The notes below the pieces were generated by a model that was not told the DNA's origin, did no database searches, and worked only from the letters and a program-made list of their open reading frames with translations. From NCBI GenBank assembly GCA_034423015.1, contig DAOUJG010000055.1, positions 4,379-68,378 of the forward strand: 64,000 bases of DNA, given 5' to 3'. Position numbers and translations under genes: made by a program. Source of the DNA: Dehalococcoidia bacterium (GTDB lineage: Bacteria; Chloroflexota; Dehalococcoidia; Lucifugimonadales; JAGWBF01). Positions 26,731 to 36,400 of this stretch are shown here, one piece after another (the first letter of the stretch is position 1; each line of letters starts with the position of its first letter).

Positions 26731-27327
26731 TCACGGCCTCTGCGGCTCCGCCCACATTCCCCTCCGTGCCTGCTTCGCCTCTTCTTCCAGCGCGGCGAAG
26801 CACAGGGCATGCTGGTCGTCGGGCGGGAAAACTACCGCCCGGCCGTGGCCCTCACGCACGATCTCGGCGCCAACCAGTATACCATCGGCATACACGTAGC
26901 GCAGCAGCCTGCCGAACCGGTCCCTGTCCGAGGTGTCCTTCACGAGGAGCACGGACCGGCCTTCCACCAGGCGGCGGTTCAGCTCGGTGGCCTCGGCGCC
27001 GAAGGGCTCCGGGGCTTCTCCAACCTCGGGGGCGTCGATTCCCACGTACCTGACACGCTCTCCCCCTTCCACGACGATGGTGTCTCCGTCGACGACGCGG
27101 GATACCTTGGTCCTGGCCCGCTCGCCGGGGTCCTGGAAGGCATTGCATCCACCCCCGCTCACCGGGGCCTCCCCTCCTCCCCGGGAGGTGGCCTGGAACA
27201 CGCCGGAGCACCCCTCGGGGGCGTCTACCTGGGCGTTGGCCGGACGCCAGCCGGCTGCCATGACCAGGACGAGGGAGATGCACACGGTCCTCAGGGCGGT
27301 AGGGACGACCTGCCGCGGGCTAACCAA
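26731..27327 (-). CDS. secreted thermonuclease (staphylococcal nuclease/SNase family)
   Basis: Signal peptide, then 'VVDGDTIVV...VRYVGIDAPE' and 'DRFGRLLRYVY...EIVREGHG' SNase motifs. TTG start overlapping the upstream stop by 8 nt. Confidence 0.8.
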   Translation of the reverse strand: MVSPRQVVPTALRTVCISLVLVMAAGWRPANAQVDAPEGCSGVFQATSRGGGEAPVSGGGCNAFQDPGERARTKVSRVVDGDTIVVEGGERVRYVGIDAPEVGEAPEPFGAEATELNRRLVEGRSVLLVKDTSDRDRFGRLLRYVYADGILVGAEIVREGHGRAVVFPPDDQHALCFAALEEEAKQARRGMWAEPQRP

Positions 27328-28288
27328 TGGCGGGCGCTACCTCGTCGAGGAAGGTGTCCATCTGGCGCTCCTGGTCGAAGGAGGCGAAGCGGACGATGAT
27401 GGTCCCCGCGCCGGCGTCAACGTACTGGCGAATGCGCTCCACGGTCCTCTCGGCGGGCCCGCCGAAGGGGCCCCACCGGTCGCCCCAGATGTTGGCCCCG
27501 TAATACAGCATCAGGTACCGGTCGGCCTCCCGGGCGGCCCTCTCTTCGTCGCGGTCCAGGTTCACGGTCATGTAGAAGGCGGACTCCATGGGCTCCGCCT
27601 CGCGCCCATACTCGGCCCGGTAGGCGCGGACCTTGTCGGCCACCATGGCGTACTCATCGGGCGTGTCGGAGATGCCGATGAAGCCGTCCCCCAGCCTGGC
27701 GGCCCGGCGGAACTGGGCCTCCGACCCGGCCCGCCAATGGCACGCCAGCAGGACGGGAACGCCGCCCTCCCGGGGCGGCCTGGGCTCCATGGCGACCTCG
27801 TCTAGGTCGAAGTGCCGGCCCGCAAACGAGACCATCTCCCCAACGCCCAGGCGCTTGGTTATCTCCACCAGCTCGGACAACCTGCCCGCCCTTCGGGATG
27901 CGTCGACCCCCGCCGCCCGCCACTCCCTCTGCTGGGCGTCATTGAAGGCCCCGCCGACCCCTATGGCCAGCACCGTGCGCCCGCCGGCAATCAGGTCCAG
28001 CGTGCCCACCACGTGGGACATCAGGACCGGATGCCTCAGGGCGGCCAGCATCACGGCGGTGCCAAGGCGCACCCGCTTGGTCCGCGCCGCGACCGCCGCC
28101 AGGGTCGTCAACGGCTCCAGTCTCGGCTTGGCGGTGAGGCTGTCCCCCACCCACACCGAGTCAAGACCGGCCTCCTCGGCCCTCTCGGCCATGGAGAGTA
28201 TCCCCTCCGCGTTACGTGGCGCCTCTCCCGTCATGAGGAGACCCCTGGTGGGCAGGAGGACGCCCAGCTTCACTCCCGACGCGGCCAT
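27320..28288 (-). CDS. luciferase-like monooxygenase (LLM) class oxidoreductase, probably F420-dependent
   Basis: TIM-barrel LLM pattern 'LDSVWVGDSL...RVRLGTAVMLAALRHP'. Sits immediately downstream of the F420 biosynthesis genes. Confidence 0.7.
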   Translation of the reverse strand: MAASGVKLGVLLPTRGLLMTGEAPRNAEGILSMAERAEEAGLDSVWVGDSLTAKPRLEPLTTLAAVAARTKRVRLGTAVMLAALRHPVLMSHVVGTLDLIAGGRTVLAIGVGGAFNDAQQREWRAAGVDASRRAGRLSELVEITKRLGVGEMVSFAGRHFDLDEVAMEPRPPREGGVPVLLACHWRAGSEAQFRRAARLGDGFIGISDTPDEYAMVADKVRAYRAEYGREAEPMESAFYMTVNLDRDEERAAREADRYLMLYYGANIWGDRWGPFGGPAERTVERIRQYVDAGAGTIIVRFASFDQERQMDTFLDEVAPAIG

Positions 28289-28358
28289 AGAAACCTCACT
28301 CTGTTCAGGATCTCCGTCCCAAGACCGCCGAAGGGTCGGCCTCTTTCATCAACCGGCA

Positions 28359-29033
28359 CTAGCCCCCCAACCTGTACATGCCGTCCGTCAGGCTCTCGAT
28401 AAGGCCGGGCTCCATGTACTCGTAGGCCCTCAGGTCGTCGAAGGTGTCCAGGTCCAACGCCAGGCCCATGCTGTAGTAGATGGCCAACGATATGCCCGTG
28501 GAGGACGCCTGGGTCAGATGGCGGTTGAAGCTGTCGGCGCCAAGCTGGGCCCTGAAGGTGTGGGACAGGCCCGGGACCAGCAGGATGCCGTTGGTGCCGC
28601 CCCCCTGCCGGGAGGGAGCCAGGGTGACGTTCTTCAGGTGGCCAGACGCGGCCACGAAACCGTGCACGTCCCTGGGCTTCAGGAAGGGGAGGTCCCCCGG
28701 CACGAACATGGCGGCGTTGCCGGAGCCGAGGATGCGCTCGAAGCTTCCGTCCAGGGTCTCGTTGACGCCGCTCCACTCGTCGGGATGCCACTGGGCCCGC
28801 TCTTCCGAGGCTATCCGCTCCACCTGCTCGTCGCCGCCCACCACCCACACCTCCTCCAGCACGCCGCGCTCCGCCAGGCCCGGGGCGGGGCCGATGAGGG
28901 CCCTCAGCACACGGCGGAGAAGGTTCCCTCCCAGGGCCTCTCGCTGCCGCTCGTCCAGGTTGGCCGACAGCCGGCTCTTGGCCTGCGCCAGGGGCTTCAT
29001 GGGCACCACGCCGACGGTGTGGGTATCCTTCAC
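28359..29033 (-). CDS. cofC: 2-phospho-L-lactate (or PEP) guanylyltransferase CofC/FbiD
   Basis: 'VVPMKPLAQAKSRLS' CofC signature. GTG 29033 overlaps the cofD TGA (GTGA). Confidence 0.75.
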   Translation of the reverse strand: MKDTHTVGVVPMKPLAQAKSRLSANLDERQREALGGNLLRRVLRALIGPAPGLAERGVLEEVWVVGGDEQVERIASEERAQWHPDEWSGVNETLDGSFERILGSGNAAMFVPGDLPFLKPRDVHGFVAASGHLKNVTLAPSRQGGGTNGILLVPGLSHTFRAQLGADSFNRHLTQASSTGISLAIYYSMGLALDLDTFDDLRAYEYMEPGLIESLTDGMYRLGG

Positions 29034-30022
29034 GCCGTCCCGACTCCTTCGCCTTCCGAGTCTGCCTCTCCCACCATATCCAGTATACGCCTGGCCAGCC
29101 GCTCTTTGTCCACATCGGTGGTCATTACCGTGGGCGCCACCTCGACGCGCATCCCCAGCGCCTCGACGGACCCGGCCTGGTCCCTGTCCACCTCGTCGAT
29201 GACGAACACGTCGCAGAGGCCGACGTACTGCTCCGCTACGCCCCGGCACGACACATCGTACCCCAGCTCCGCCAGCAGCTTAGCGGCGGGGCCGCGAAGG
29301 GCCTGGCCCCCTACGATGGGGCTGACCGCCACTTTAGGCCCATGGAACGAGCGGACTCGCTCCCTGATCCCCTTCAGAGCAAGGACAGGCGCGATGCTGA
29401 GAAAGGGGTTGGAGGGGCAGTATACCAGCGCCGACGCCTCGCCCAAGGCCCTGAGGAACCCGGGGGACGGGTCTACGGCGCCGGTGGAGCCGGCGTCGCG
29501 GCCGTAGCCATCCTCGAAACGGACGGCCGTGGCAACGGGCTCGCAACGGTGCTTTACGAAGTACTCCTGGAAGGCCATGTCTCCCTGAGCCGTCTCCACC
29601 ACCGTGCGCAGAGGGGCATCGCTCATGGGGACGACGCGGTGGAGGATTCCCAGGCCCCGGCATAGACTCTCGGTGGCCTGGGACAGGGTGCGTCCCTCCC
29701 GGAGGAGCTGGGTACGGCGGATGTGGGTCGCCAGGTCCTTGTCGCCCAGGTTGAACCACGTATCGGCGCCATACCTTTGGAGCAAGGCCAAGCCGTTGAA
29801 GGTGTCGCCGGCGACCCCCCATCCCGTCACGGTGTTGGTGAGCCCCGCAAGGGCGTACATCATCGTATCCAGGTCCGGGGAGACGTGCAGGCCGTGGAAC
29901 ACCTCGTCGTCTCCGGTGTTGACCACGATGGTCAGGCGCTCGGGGGGCAGCGCCCTCGCCAGCCCCACGGCCAGCTTGGCTCCCCCGACACCACCGGCCA
30001 GGGCCAGGACGGTGGGAGTCAC
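29030..30022 (-). CDS. cofD: 2-phospho-L-lactate transferase CofD/FbiA
   Basis: 'LALAGGVGGAKL...VVNTGDD...HVSPDLDT' CofD signature. Confidence 0.9.
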   Translation of the reverse strand: MTPTVLALAGGVGGAKLAVGLARALPPERLTIVVNTGDDEVFHGLHVSPDLDTMMYALAGLTNTVTGWGVAGDTFNGLALLQRYGADTWFNLGDKDLATHIRRTQLLREGRTLSQATESLCRGLGILHRVVPMSDAPLRTVVETAQGDMAFQEYFVKHRCEPVATAVRFEDGYGRDAGSTGAVDPSPGFLRALGEASALVYCPSNPFLSIAPVLALKGIRERVRSFHGPKVAVSPIVGGQALRGPAAKLLAELGYDVSCRGVAEQYVGLCDVFVIDEVDRDQAGSVEALGMRVEVAPTVMTTDVDKERLARRILDMVGEADSEGEGVGTA

Positions 30023-30051
30023 GCGTTGCAGCGCCCGGGCCGCACGGGACC

Positions 30052-31332
30052 CTACTCCCCCTCGGCGCCCTTGGCGTGGCGGGGGTGCTCGAAGCGGAAG
30101 CTGTCCATCTTGATGAGACGCTGGTAGGAGCCGAAGCGTTCCTCCGCGTCGTCGCCCACCATGTCCAGGGGCTCCACCGGATCCTCACCGTCGTCGAAGA
30201 CGTGGCGTATGTCGTAGGTGGTGTACCGTTCGGCTGGCACCCGGCCCGCGTCCCGGATCAGGTCCCGGAACTGCCTGGGACGCACAAGCTGGCCGTACTG
30301 GGCCCCGGCCGCCGTGGAGATGCTCTCGTTAATGAGGGTGCCCCCCATGTCGTTGACACCGGCGCCCAGCAGGGTCTGGGAGAAGCGCAGGCTCTCCTTT
30401 ACCCATGAGACCTGGAGGTTGGGTATCCAGTTGTTCAGCATCAGCCGGGAGACGGCGTGGAGCTTGACCACCTCGTTGCCGGTGGGCCCAGTCCTGACGC
30501 CGTCGACGAACCCGCGGCTGTACATGGGCGCCTCGGTGTAGACGAAGCTCAGGGGCACGAACTCGGTGAAGCCCCCGGTGGCCTTCTGTATGTCCCTCAG
30601 GAGGGCGATGTGGCGCGCTTTGTGCTCGTCTGTCTCCACGTGGCCGTACATTATGGTCGACGTGGTGGGGATGCCCAGGTCGTGGGCGGTGGTGATGACC
30701 TCGATCCATTGGTCCGCGGTTATGCGGCCCGGAGAGATGCGGTCCCGGACCTCCTGGTCCAGTATCTCCGCCGAGGTCCCGGGGAGGCTGCCCACACCCG
30801 CGTCCTGCAGGCCCACCAGGTAGTCCCGGATGCTGCACCGGGACCGCACCGAGCCGTACAGCACCTCCTCGGGGGAGAAGCCGTGGATGTGCATGTCGGG
30901 CAGCTCAGCCTTCATGGCCTCGCACAGCTTGATGTACAGGTCCCCGTCCATCTGGGGAGGCAGGCCCGCCTGGACGCACACCTCCGTGGCCCCCAGGTCC
31001 CAGGCCTCCCTTGCCCGCCTTATGATCTCGCTGACTGGCAGGAAGTAGCCCTCCTCCTGGCGGAAGTCCCGGCTGAAGGCACAGAAGCCGCATCGCTTGA
31101 TGCAGACGTTGGTGAAGTTGACGTTGCGATTGACCACGTAGGTCACCATGTCGCCCACCCGCCTCCGGCGCAGCTCGTCGGCGGTCAGAATCAGGGCGTT
31201 GGACTCCAGCCCCGAGACCCCCAAGAGGACGACGGCATCCTCTACGGAGGGGTCGTGGCCCTCCAGGGACCTGTTGAGGATGCGGCCCACCTCGGGTTTC
31301 ACGTCCATGAGCAGGTGCTCCAGGGCCGGCAT
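30052..31332 (-). CDS. cofH: FO synthase subunit 2 CofH (radical SAM)
   Basis: 'YVVNRNVNFTNVCIKRCGFCAF' CxxxCxxC cluster, resembling the C-terminal half of FbiC. ATG 31332 preceded by AGAGGGG. Confidence 0.85.
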   Translation of the reverse strand: MPALEHLLMDVKPEVGRILNRSLEGHDPSVEDAVVLLGVSGLESNALILTADELRRRRVGDMVTYVVNRNVNFTNVCIKRCGFCAFSRDFRQEEGYFLPVSEIIRRAREAWDLGATEVCVQAGLPPQMDGDLYIKLCEAMKAELPDMHIHGFSPEEVLYGSVRSRCSIRDYLVGLQDAGVGSLPGTSAEILDQEVRDRISPGRITADQWIEVITTAHDLGIPTTSTIMYGHVETDEHKARHIALLRDIQKATGGFTEFVPLSFVYTEAPMYSRGFVDGVRTGPTGNEVVKLHAVSRLMLNNWIPNLQVSWVKESLRFSQTLLGAGVNDMGGTLINESISTAAGAQYGQLVRPRQFRDLIRDAGRVPAERYTTYDIRHVFDDGEDPVEPLDMVGDDAEERFGSYQRLIKMDSFRFEHPRHAKGAEGE

Positions 31333-31351
31333 ATCCCCTCTTTCCCGGGGT

Positions 31352-32641
31352 TCATTTGGCGCTGGCGGCATATCGCTCGATACCCCCTTTCGCATAACCA
31401 TCCCCGTCCGACAGCGACCGGACGCGGTCACGGAGGGAGTCGGGTACGTAGTCCATTCCAGCGACGATGTAGTCGGGATACACCGGAAGCCGGGGCCTGA
31501 GCCGGAAGCCAAGCTCCTCGGTCCGGCGCCGGAGATCCCCGATCTGGGGCCAGGGCGCCTCGGGATTGACGTAGTCTATGGTCAGGGGAGATACCCCTCC
31601 CCAATCGTTGATCCCGGCGAGCAGATAGACCGGGTAGTCTTGGAAGCTCAGGTTGGGCGGGACTTGAACGTTCGCGTCGGGACCCAGCACCAATCGGGCC
31701 GCCGCCACGGTCCACAGCAGGTCCCGGCTCGTGGCGTCCAGGTGGCCCTCCATGGCCGTTCGCGGCTTGGCCCGGAAGTTCTGTACGATGACCTCCTGAA
31801 CGTGGCCGTGCTTGCGGTGCAGCTCACGGATGGTCAGAAGGGACTCTATCCGCTCCTCCCGGGTCTCGCCGATGCCGATCAGGATGCCCGTCGTGAAGGC
31901 AACCCTCTGCTGCCCGGCGATCTCCAGGGTCTTCACTCGGACCGAGGGCCGCTTGCTTGGGGCCATCTCGTGGGGACCCCCCGGCATGGAAAGCCTTTCG
32001 CTCAGGCTCTCGACCATCACCCCCATTGACGCGTTGACGTCCCTGAGACCGGCCACCTCTCGACGGCTCATGGTGCCGGGGTTGGCGTGGGGTAGAAGCC
32101 CGGTCTCACGCAACACCAGGTCGCACATGTCCCGCAGGTAATCGAGGGTCGTCCCGTAACCACGACGGTCCAGCCATTCCCGGGCCTCGGGGTAGCGCTG
32201 CTCGGGCCTCTCGCCCAGGGTGAAGAGCGCCTCGGTGCAGCCCAGCCGGTCCCCCGCCTTCGCCACGTCCAGCACCCGGTCGGGGGTCATGTACAGCTCC
32301 TCAGCCTCGGAGGGGGACTGGCGAAATGTGCAGTAGCCGCAGAAGTCCCGGCACAGCCGGGTCAGCGGAATGAACACCTTGGGGGAGAAGCTGACGTTCC
32401 GCCCCCGCCCGCGGTCACGCAGAAGGGCCGCGGCACGGCAGAGCGATGGGGTCTCGCCATCGGTAGCGAGGGCCAGGCGCAATGCGTCCTCCGCGTGCAG
32501 CCCCGGGCCGTCCAGGGCCCGCTCCACCACCATCTTGAGGGCGTCGGACAGGCCAGAGAGGGGGTCCTCGGTCTCGGCCAGACGCTCGACTGCTTCGCCC
32601 ATTGAAACACGGGATGCACCTGCGGTTCTGGTCGCTGGCAT
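31352..32641 (-). CDS. cofG: FO synthase subunit 1 CofG (radical SAM)
   Basis: 'KVFIPLTRLCRDFCGYCTF', resembling the N-terminal half of FbiC. ATG 32641 lies just downstream of the NIPSNAP stop. Confidence 0.85.
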   Translation of the reverse strand: MPATRTAGASRVSMGEAVERLAETEDPLSGLSDALKMVVERALDGPGLHAEDALRLALATDGETPSLCRAAALLRDRGRGRNVSFSPKVFIPLTRLCRDFCGYCTFRQSPSEAEELYMTPDRVLDVAKAGDRLGCTEALFTLGERPEQRYPEAREWLDRRGYGTTLDYLRDMCDLVLRETGLLPHANPGTMSRREVAGLRDVNASMGVMVESLSERLSMPGGPHEMAPSKRPSVRVKTLEIAGQQRVAFTTGILIGIGETREERIESLLTIRELHRKHGHVQEVIVQNFRAKPRTAMEGHLDATSRDLLWTVAAARLVLGPDANVQVPPNLSFQDYPVYLLAGINDWGGVSPLTIDYVNPEAPWPQIGDLRRRTEELGFRLRPRLPVYPDYIVAGMDYVPDSLRDRVRSLSDGDGYAKGGIERYAASAK

Positions 32642-32658
32642 GAGCAGGCCTGTCCCCG

Positions 32659-33315
32659 CTAGGGGGCCGGAGAGTAGTCCGTGGGGCGCAGGATGGTGCT
32701 GTGGCTCCTTCTTACCAGCGGGCCGTCTATCTCCGATGCCGCGCGGGCCCTGGTCCACTCCGGGTCCGACTGGAAGGCGGCAAAGCTCTTCTCCCGGCTC
32801 CCAAGGTCCTGGTGGCCAAGGATATACACCAGCCGGTTGTTGGTGCCCACCTGGTCGGTCCAATAGCCCACGTTCTCCATGCCGTGCTTCTCGAAGAGGG
32901 CCATGGTATGGTCAGCGAACCGCTGGTGCAGGGCGTCCATCTTGCCGGGCATCGCCTCGTAGATGCGCAGCTCCTGCACTTTGGTGGTGATCCTGGGCTG
33001 GGGAGAGTATGCCGTAAGTCCCATGAAGGTGTTGTGGATGACGTCCACCAGGGGACCGTCCACCTCGGTCTCGGCCTTCACGCGCTGCCACTCGGGGTCG
33101 GCCCCAAAGGCCGCCACACGGGACTCGCGGGCAGCCACGTCCGGGAAGACATTGATGTACGTCAGCCGGTTGCTGGTGCCTATCTCCTCGGTCCAAAAAG
33201 CCAGCATGTCGATACCGTGCTTGGCAAAGAGCCCGCACGTGTGTTTCGCGAACCTGTCGTTCAACGCGGGCAGCCTTCCGGGCATCGACTCGTAGATGCG
33301 CAGCTCGTACAGCAT
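32659..33315 (-). CDS. tandem-duplicated NIPSNAP-domain protein
   Basis: Two about 105-aa halves, each beginning '[LV][YQ]ELRIYE[SA]MPG[RK]' and ending 'L.PT.YSP'. Confidence 0.75.
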   Translation of the reverse strand: MLYELRIYESMPGRLPALNDRFAKHTCGLFAKHGIDMLAFWTEEIGTSNRLTYINVFPDVAARESRVAAFGADPEWQRVKAETEVDGPLVDVIHNTFMGLTAYSPQPRITTKVQELRIYEAMPGKMDALHQRFADHTMALFEKHGMENVGYWTDQVGTNNRLVYILGHQDLGSREKSFAAFQSDPEWTRARAASEIDGPLVRRSHSTILRPTDYSPAP

Positions 33316-33360
33316 CGGCCGTCTCCTCGCCCCGGTCCGTCAGCGACCCGGGGCCCGGTC

Positions 33361-34389
33361 CTACAGAAGCTTCCCCTGGGGCGGCTCGGGCTGCCTGGTG
33401 TACTCCCGCCCCAGATGGCGGTAACCCCGCAGGGTAGCTACCCTGCCCCTTGGGGTCCTGTCCAGGAATCCAAGCTGAAGCAGGTAGGGCTCGTAAATGT
33501 CCATGATGGTGTCCGCGTCCTCTCCGATGGAGGCCGCCAGGGTGTCCAGACCCACCGGCCCGCCTGAGAACTTGTCCACCACGCTGCTCAGGAGCCTGTG
33601 GTCCACCTGGTCCAGGCCCAAGGGGTCCACCTCCAGCTTGGCCAGGGCCTCCAGGGCCACCTCACGGGTTATTCTACCATCCGCCATAACCTGAGCATAG
33701 TCCCTGGTACGTTTGAGGAGGCGGTTGGCGACCCTGGGCGTGCCCCTGGAGCGGCGGGCGATCTCCGACACGCCGCCGTCGTCTATGGCCACGCCCAGTA
33801 TGCGCGCCGACCGGGCCACGATGACCTCCATGGAGCCGTTGTCATAGAAGTCCATGTGGAACACAGCGCCGAACCTGTCCCTCAGGGGAGGGCTGACCAT
33901 GCCGAACCGGGTGGTGGCGCCTATCAGGGTAAAGGGATTGATGCGCAGGTTTATGCTGCGGGCGCCCAGGCCCTTGCCCACCACCCACGACAGGAAGAAG
34001 TCCTCCATGGCGGGGTAGAGGACCTCCTCTACGACCCGGCTGAGCCTGTGCACCTCGTCCACGAACAGCACGTCCCCCGTGTTGACGCTGCTGAGGATGG
34101 CCGCCATGTCCCCGGGGCGCTCCACGGCCGGCCCCGACGTCACCTTGATGCCGGCTTCCATCTCGTGGGCGATGATGTTTGCCAGGGTGGTCTTGCCCAG
34201 CCCGGGGGGGCCGTAGACGATGACGTGGTCCAAGGACTCCCCGCGCATCTTGGCCGCCTGCATGGCGATGCTCAGGTTCTCCTTGACGCTGTCCTGGCCG
34301 ACGAAGTCCTCGAGCCGCCGGGGCCGCAGGGACGAGTCCAGCCCGGCGTCGTCCTCCAACGTCTTACCGGATACGAGGCGGTCGGTCAC
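33361..34389 (-). CDS. ruvB: Holliday junction branch-migration ATPase RuvB
   Basis: '[12 protein letters not shown]', Walker A 'GPPGLGKTT', and 'DEVHRL'. Confidence 0.95.
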   Translation of the reverse strand: MTDRLVSGKTLEDDAGLDSSLRPRRLEDFVGQDSVKENLSIAMQAAKMRGESLDHVIVYGPPGLGKTTLANIIAHEMEAGIKVTSGPAVERPGDMAAILSSVNTGDVLFVDEVHRLSRVVEEVLYPAMEDFFLSWVVGKGLGARSINLRINPFTLIGATTRFGMVSPPLRDRFGAVFHMDFYDNGSMEVIVARSARILGVAIDDGGVSEIARRSRGTPRVANRLLKRTRDYAQVMADGRITREVALEALAKLEVDPLGLDQVDHRLLSSVVDKFSGGPVGLDTLAASIGEDADTIMDIYEPYLLQLGFLDRTPRGRVATLRGYRHLGREYTRQPEPPQGKLL

Positions 34390-34399
34390 AGCCGCTGCC

Positions 34400-36076
34400 C
34401 TACATCTTCTCGGGGGCGGTCATGTCCATGAGATACAGTGTCTTGGAGAGGACGGTCTTGGCCGCCTCGGCCAGCTTCAGCCGGGCCAGGGTCATGGGAT
34501 GGTCCTCGGGGTTGCTGGAGAGCACGCGGCAGTTCTCGTAGAACCAATGGAACGCGGTCGCCAGCTCCAGGGCGTAGTGGGGCAGGTGGTGAGGCTCCAG
34601 GGTGCGGGCCATGTTCTCCACCAGCTCGGGCAGGAGCAGCATCTTGCGGACCAACGCCACCTCGCTGGGATGGGTAAGGAGAGAAACGTCGCCGTCCGTC
34701 CAGTCGATGCCCTGGGCCCGCGCGTTGTTCAGGATGCCCGCGATGCGGGCGTGGCCGTACTGCACGTAGTAGACGGGGTTCTCCGTCGACTCCTTCTTGG
34801 CCAGCTCCAGGTCGAACTCCATCTGCGTGGAGGGTGTCCGGGCCAGGAAGAAGTAGCGGCAGGCGTCGGCCCCCACCTCGTCCACCAGCTCCCGCAGGGT
34901 GATGAACTCCCCGGTCCGCTTGGACGCCCGGACCACCTCGGTCCCCCGCTTGAGGGTGACCATCTGGGAGATCACGATGGTGAGGCGGTCGGGGTCCAGG
35001 TCCAGGGCCGCCATGGCCGCCTTCAGGCGGGAGACGTGGCCCTGGTGGTCCGCACCCCAGATGTCGATGGCCTGGTCGAATCCCCGTTCCAGGAGCTTGT
35101 CGTAGTGGTAGGCGATGTCAGAGGCGAAGTAGGTGGGCGCTCCGGTGGACCGCACCAGGACGTTGTCCTTGTCCTCCCCCAGGGCGCTGGAGGCGAACCA
35201 CCGGGCGCCCTCCCGCTGGGAGATGTAGCCCCGGCTCTCCAACGTCTCCATCGCCTGGTCGTACTTTCCGTCGCGGTACAGGGACTCCTCGCTGAACCAG
35301 CTATCGAACTCCACCCGTATGTGCTCCAGGTCGTTCCGTATCAGGGACACCATCTTGCGGCGTCCAAGTGCTCCCAGCTCCTGAAGCGCCTCCTCTTCCC
35401 CCATGGAGAGGAACCTGTCGCCCTGCTCCTCCAGGATCTCGGCGGCCAGGTCCGCGACGTAGTCCCCGGCATAGCCCCCCGGCGGAAGGGATGCGTCCCG
35501 GCCCAGGGCCTGCTTGTAACGGGCCAGGATCGAGGCGTAGAAGGCGTCCATCTGGCTGCCGGCGTCGTTGACGTAGTACTCGCGGGTCACGGAGGACCCC
35601 GCCGCCGCCAGGACCCGGGCCAGGGTGCTTCCCAGCACGGCGCCCCGGGTGTGTCCCACGTGCACGGGGCCCGTCGGGTTGACGCTTACGAACTCGACGA
35701 TCACCGAGCGCCCCCGGCCCAGCGGCACGTCGCCGTAGGCCGCCCCGGCCTCCCTGATGGCCTCCACCTGGCCGGCCAGCCACCCGTCGCGAAGGCGGAA
35801 GTTTATGAAGCCCGGCGGGGCCGCCCAGACCCGGTCGACCTCCTCCCCCGGAGGGACCAGCTTCACCAGCTCCTCGGCCATTACGATGGGGCTGATCCGG
35901 GTGGCGCGGGCCAGCCTCAAGGGCAGGCTGGAGGCGAAGTCGCCGTGCTCCGGGTTGGAGGGACGCTCCACTGCGATGTCGGGAAGGGTATCCAGGCTCA
36001 GCACGCCGGCGCCGCGGGCCTCCTCGACGGCCGCGCGGACCTTGTCCACGATGAGGTCACGAACGATTACTGACAC
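34400..36076 (-). CDS. argS: arginyl-tRNA synthetase
   Basis: Class I '[10 protein letters not shown]' HIGH motif and C-terminal DALR anticodon-binding domain. GTG start with GGAGGG Shine-Dalgarno. Confidence 0.95.
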   Translation of the reverse strand: MSVIVRDLIVDKVRAAVEEARGAGVLSLDTLPDIAVERPSNPEHGDFASSLPLRLARATRISPIVMAEELVKLVPPGEEVDRVWAAPPGFINFRLRDGWLAGQVEAIREAGAAYGDVPLGRGRSVIVEFVSVNPTGPVHVGHTRGAVLGSTLARVLAAAGSSVTREYYVNDAGSQMDAFYASILARYKQALGRDASLPPGGYAGDYVADLAAEILEEQGDRFLSMGEEEALQELGALGRRKMVSLIRNDLEHIRVEFDSWFSEESLYRDGKYDQAMETLESRGYISQREGARWFASSALGEDKDNVLVRSTGAPTYFASDIAYHYDKLLERGFDQAIDIWGADHQGHVSRLKAAMAALDLDPDRLTIVISQMVTLKRGTEVVRASKRTGEFITLRELVDEVGADACRYFFLARTPSTQMEFDLELAKKESTENPVYYVQYGHARIAGILNNARAQGIDWTDGDVSLLTHPSEVALVRKMLLLPELVENMARTLEPHHLPHYALELATAFHWFYENCRVLSSNPEDHPMTLARLKLAEAAKTVLSKTLYLMDMTAPEKM

Positions 36077-36269
36077 GATGGCCCTCCCCCCAAGCGGCGC
36101 CCCGTGGTCCAGTCTATGCTACCACATCGCCATGGGCCCGCCTAGCTCACCCGGCCGCCCCGGCCCCATGGCGGTCCTTCTCACCGGTGTGGTCTCGTTG
36201 CTTGCCGCCATCGAGGAGAGGCCCCGTCTCGCGTGCGGACAGGCCTGGGGTTTCAAGCAGCCGAGGTCA

Positions 36270-36308
36270 AACCTTGCAATCTGCCGACGGTGCAACCTTG
36301 CAATCTGC
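36270..36308. repeat. 15-bp exact direct repeat AACCTTGCAATCTGC x2 (24-bp period) in the R-M/argS spacer
   Basis: Copies at 36270-36284 and 36294-36308 read directly. Each contains the TTGCAA palindrome. Confidence 0.7.
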
Positions 36309-36400
36309 GTGCCCGTCCGCGCCCTGTGCGACGGCCGCCCCGTGGGTCTGGGCTCCCTGGCCCTGGGAACGGGCAGGCCGGCTTAGACCTCAGCCCGGAC

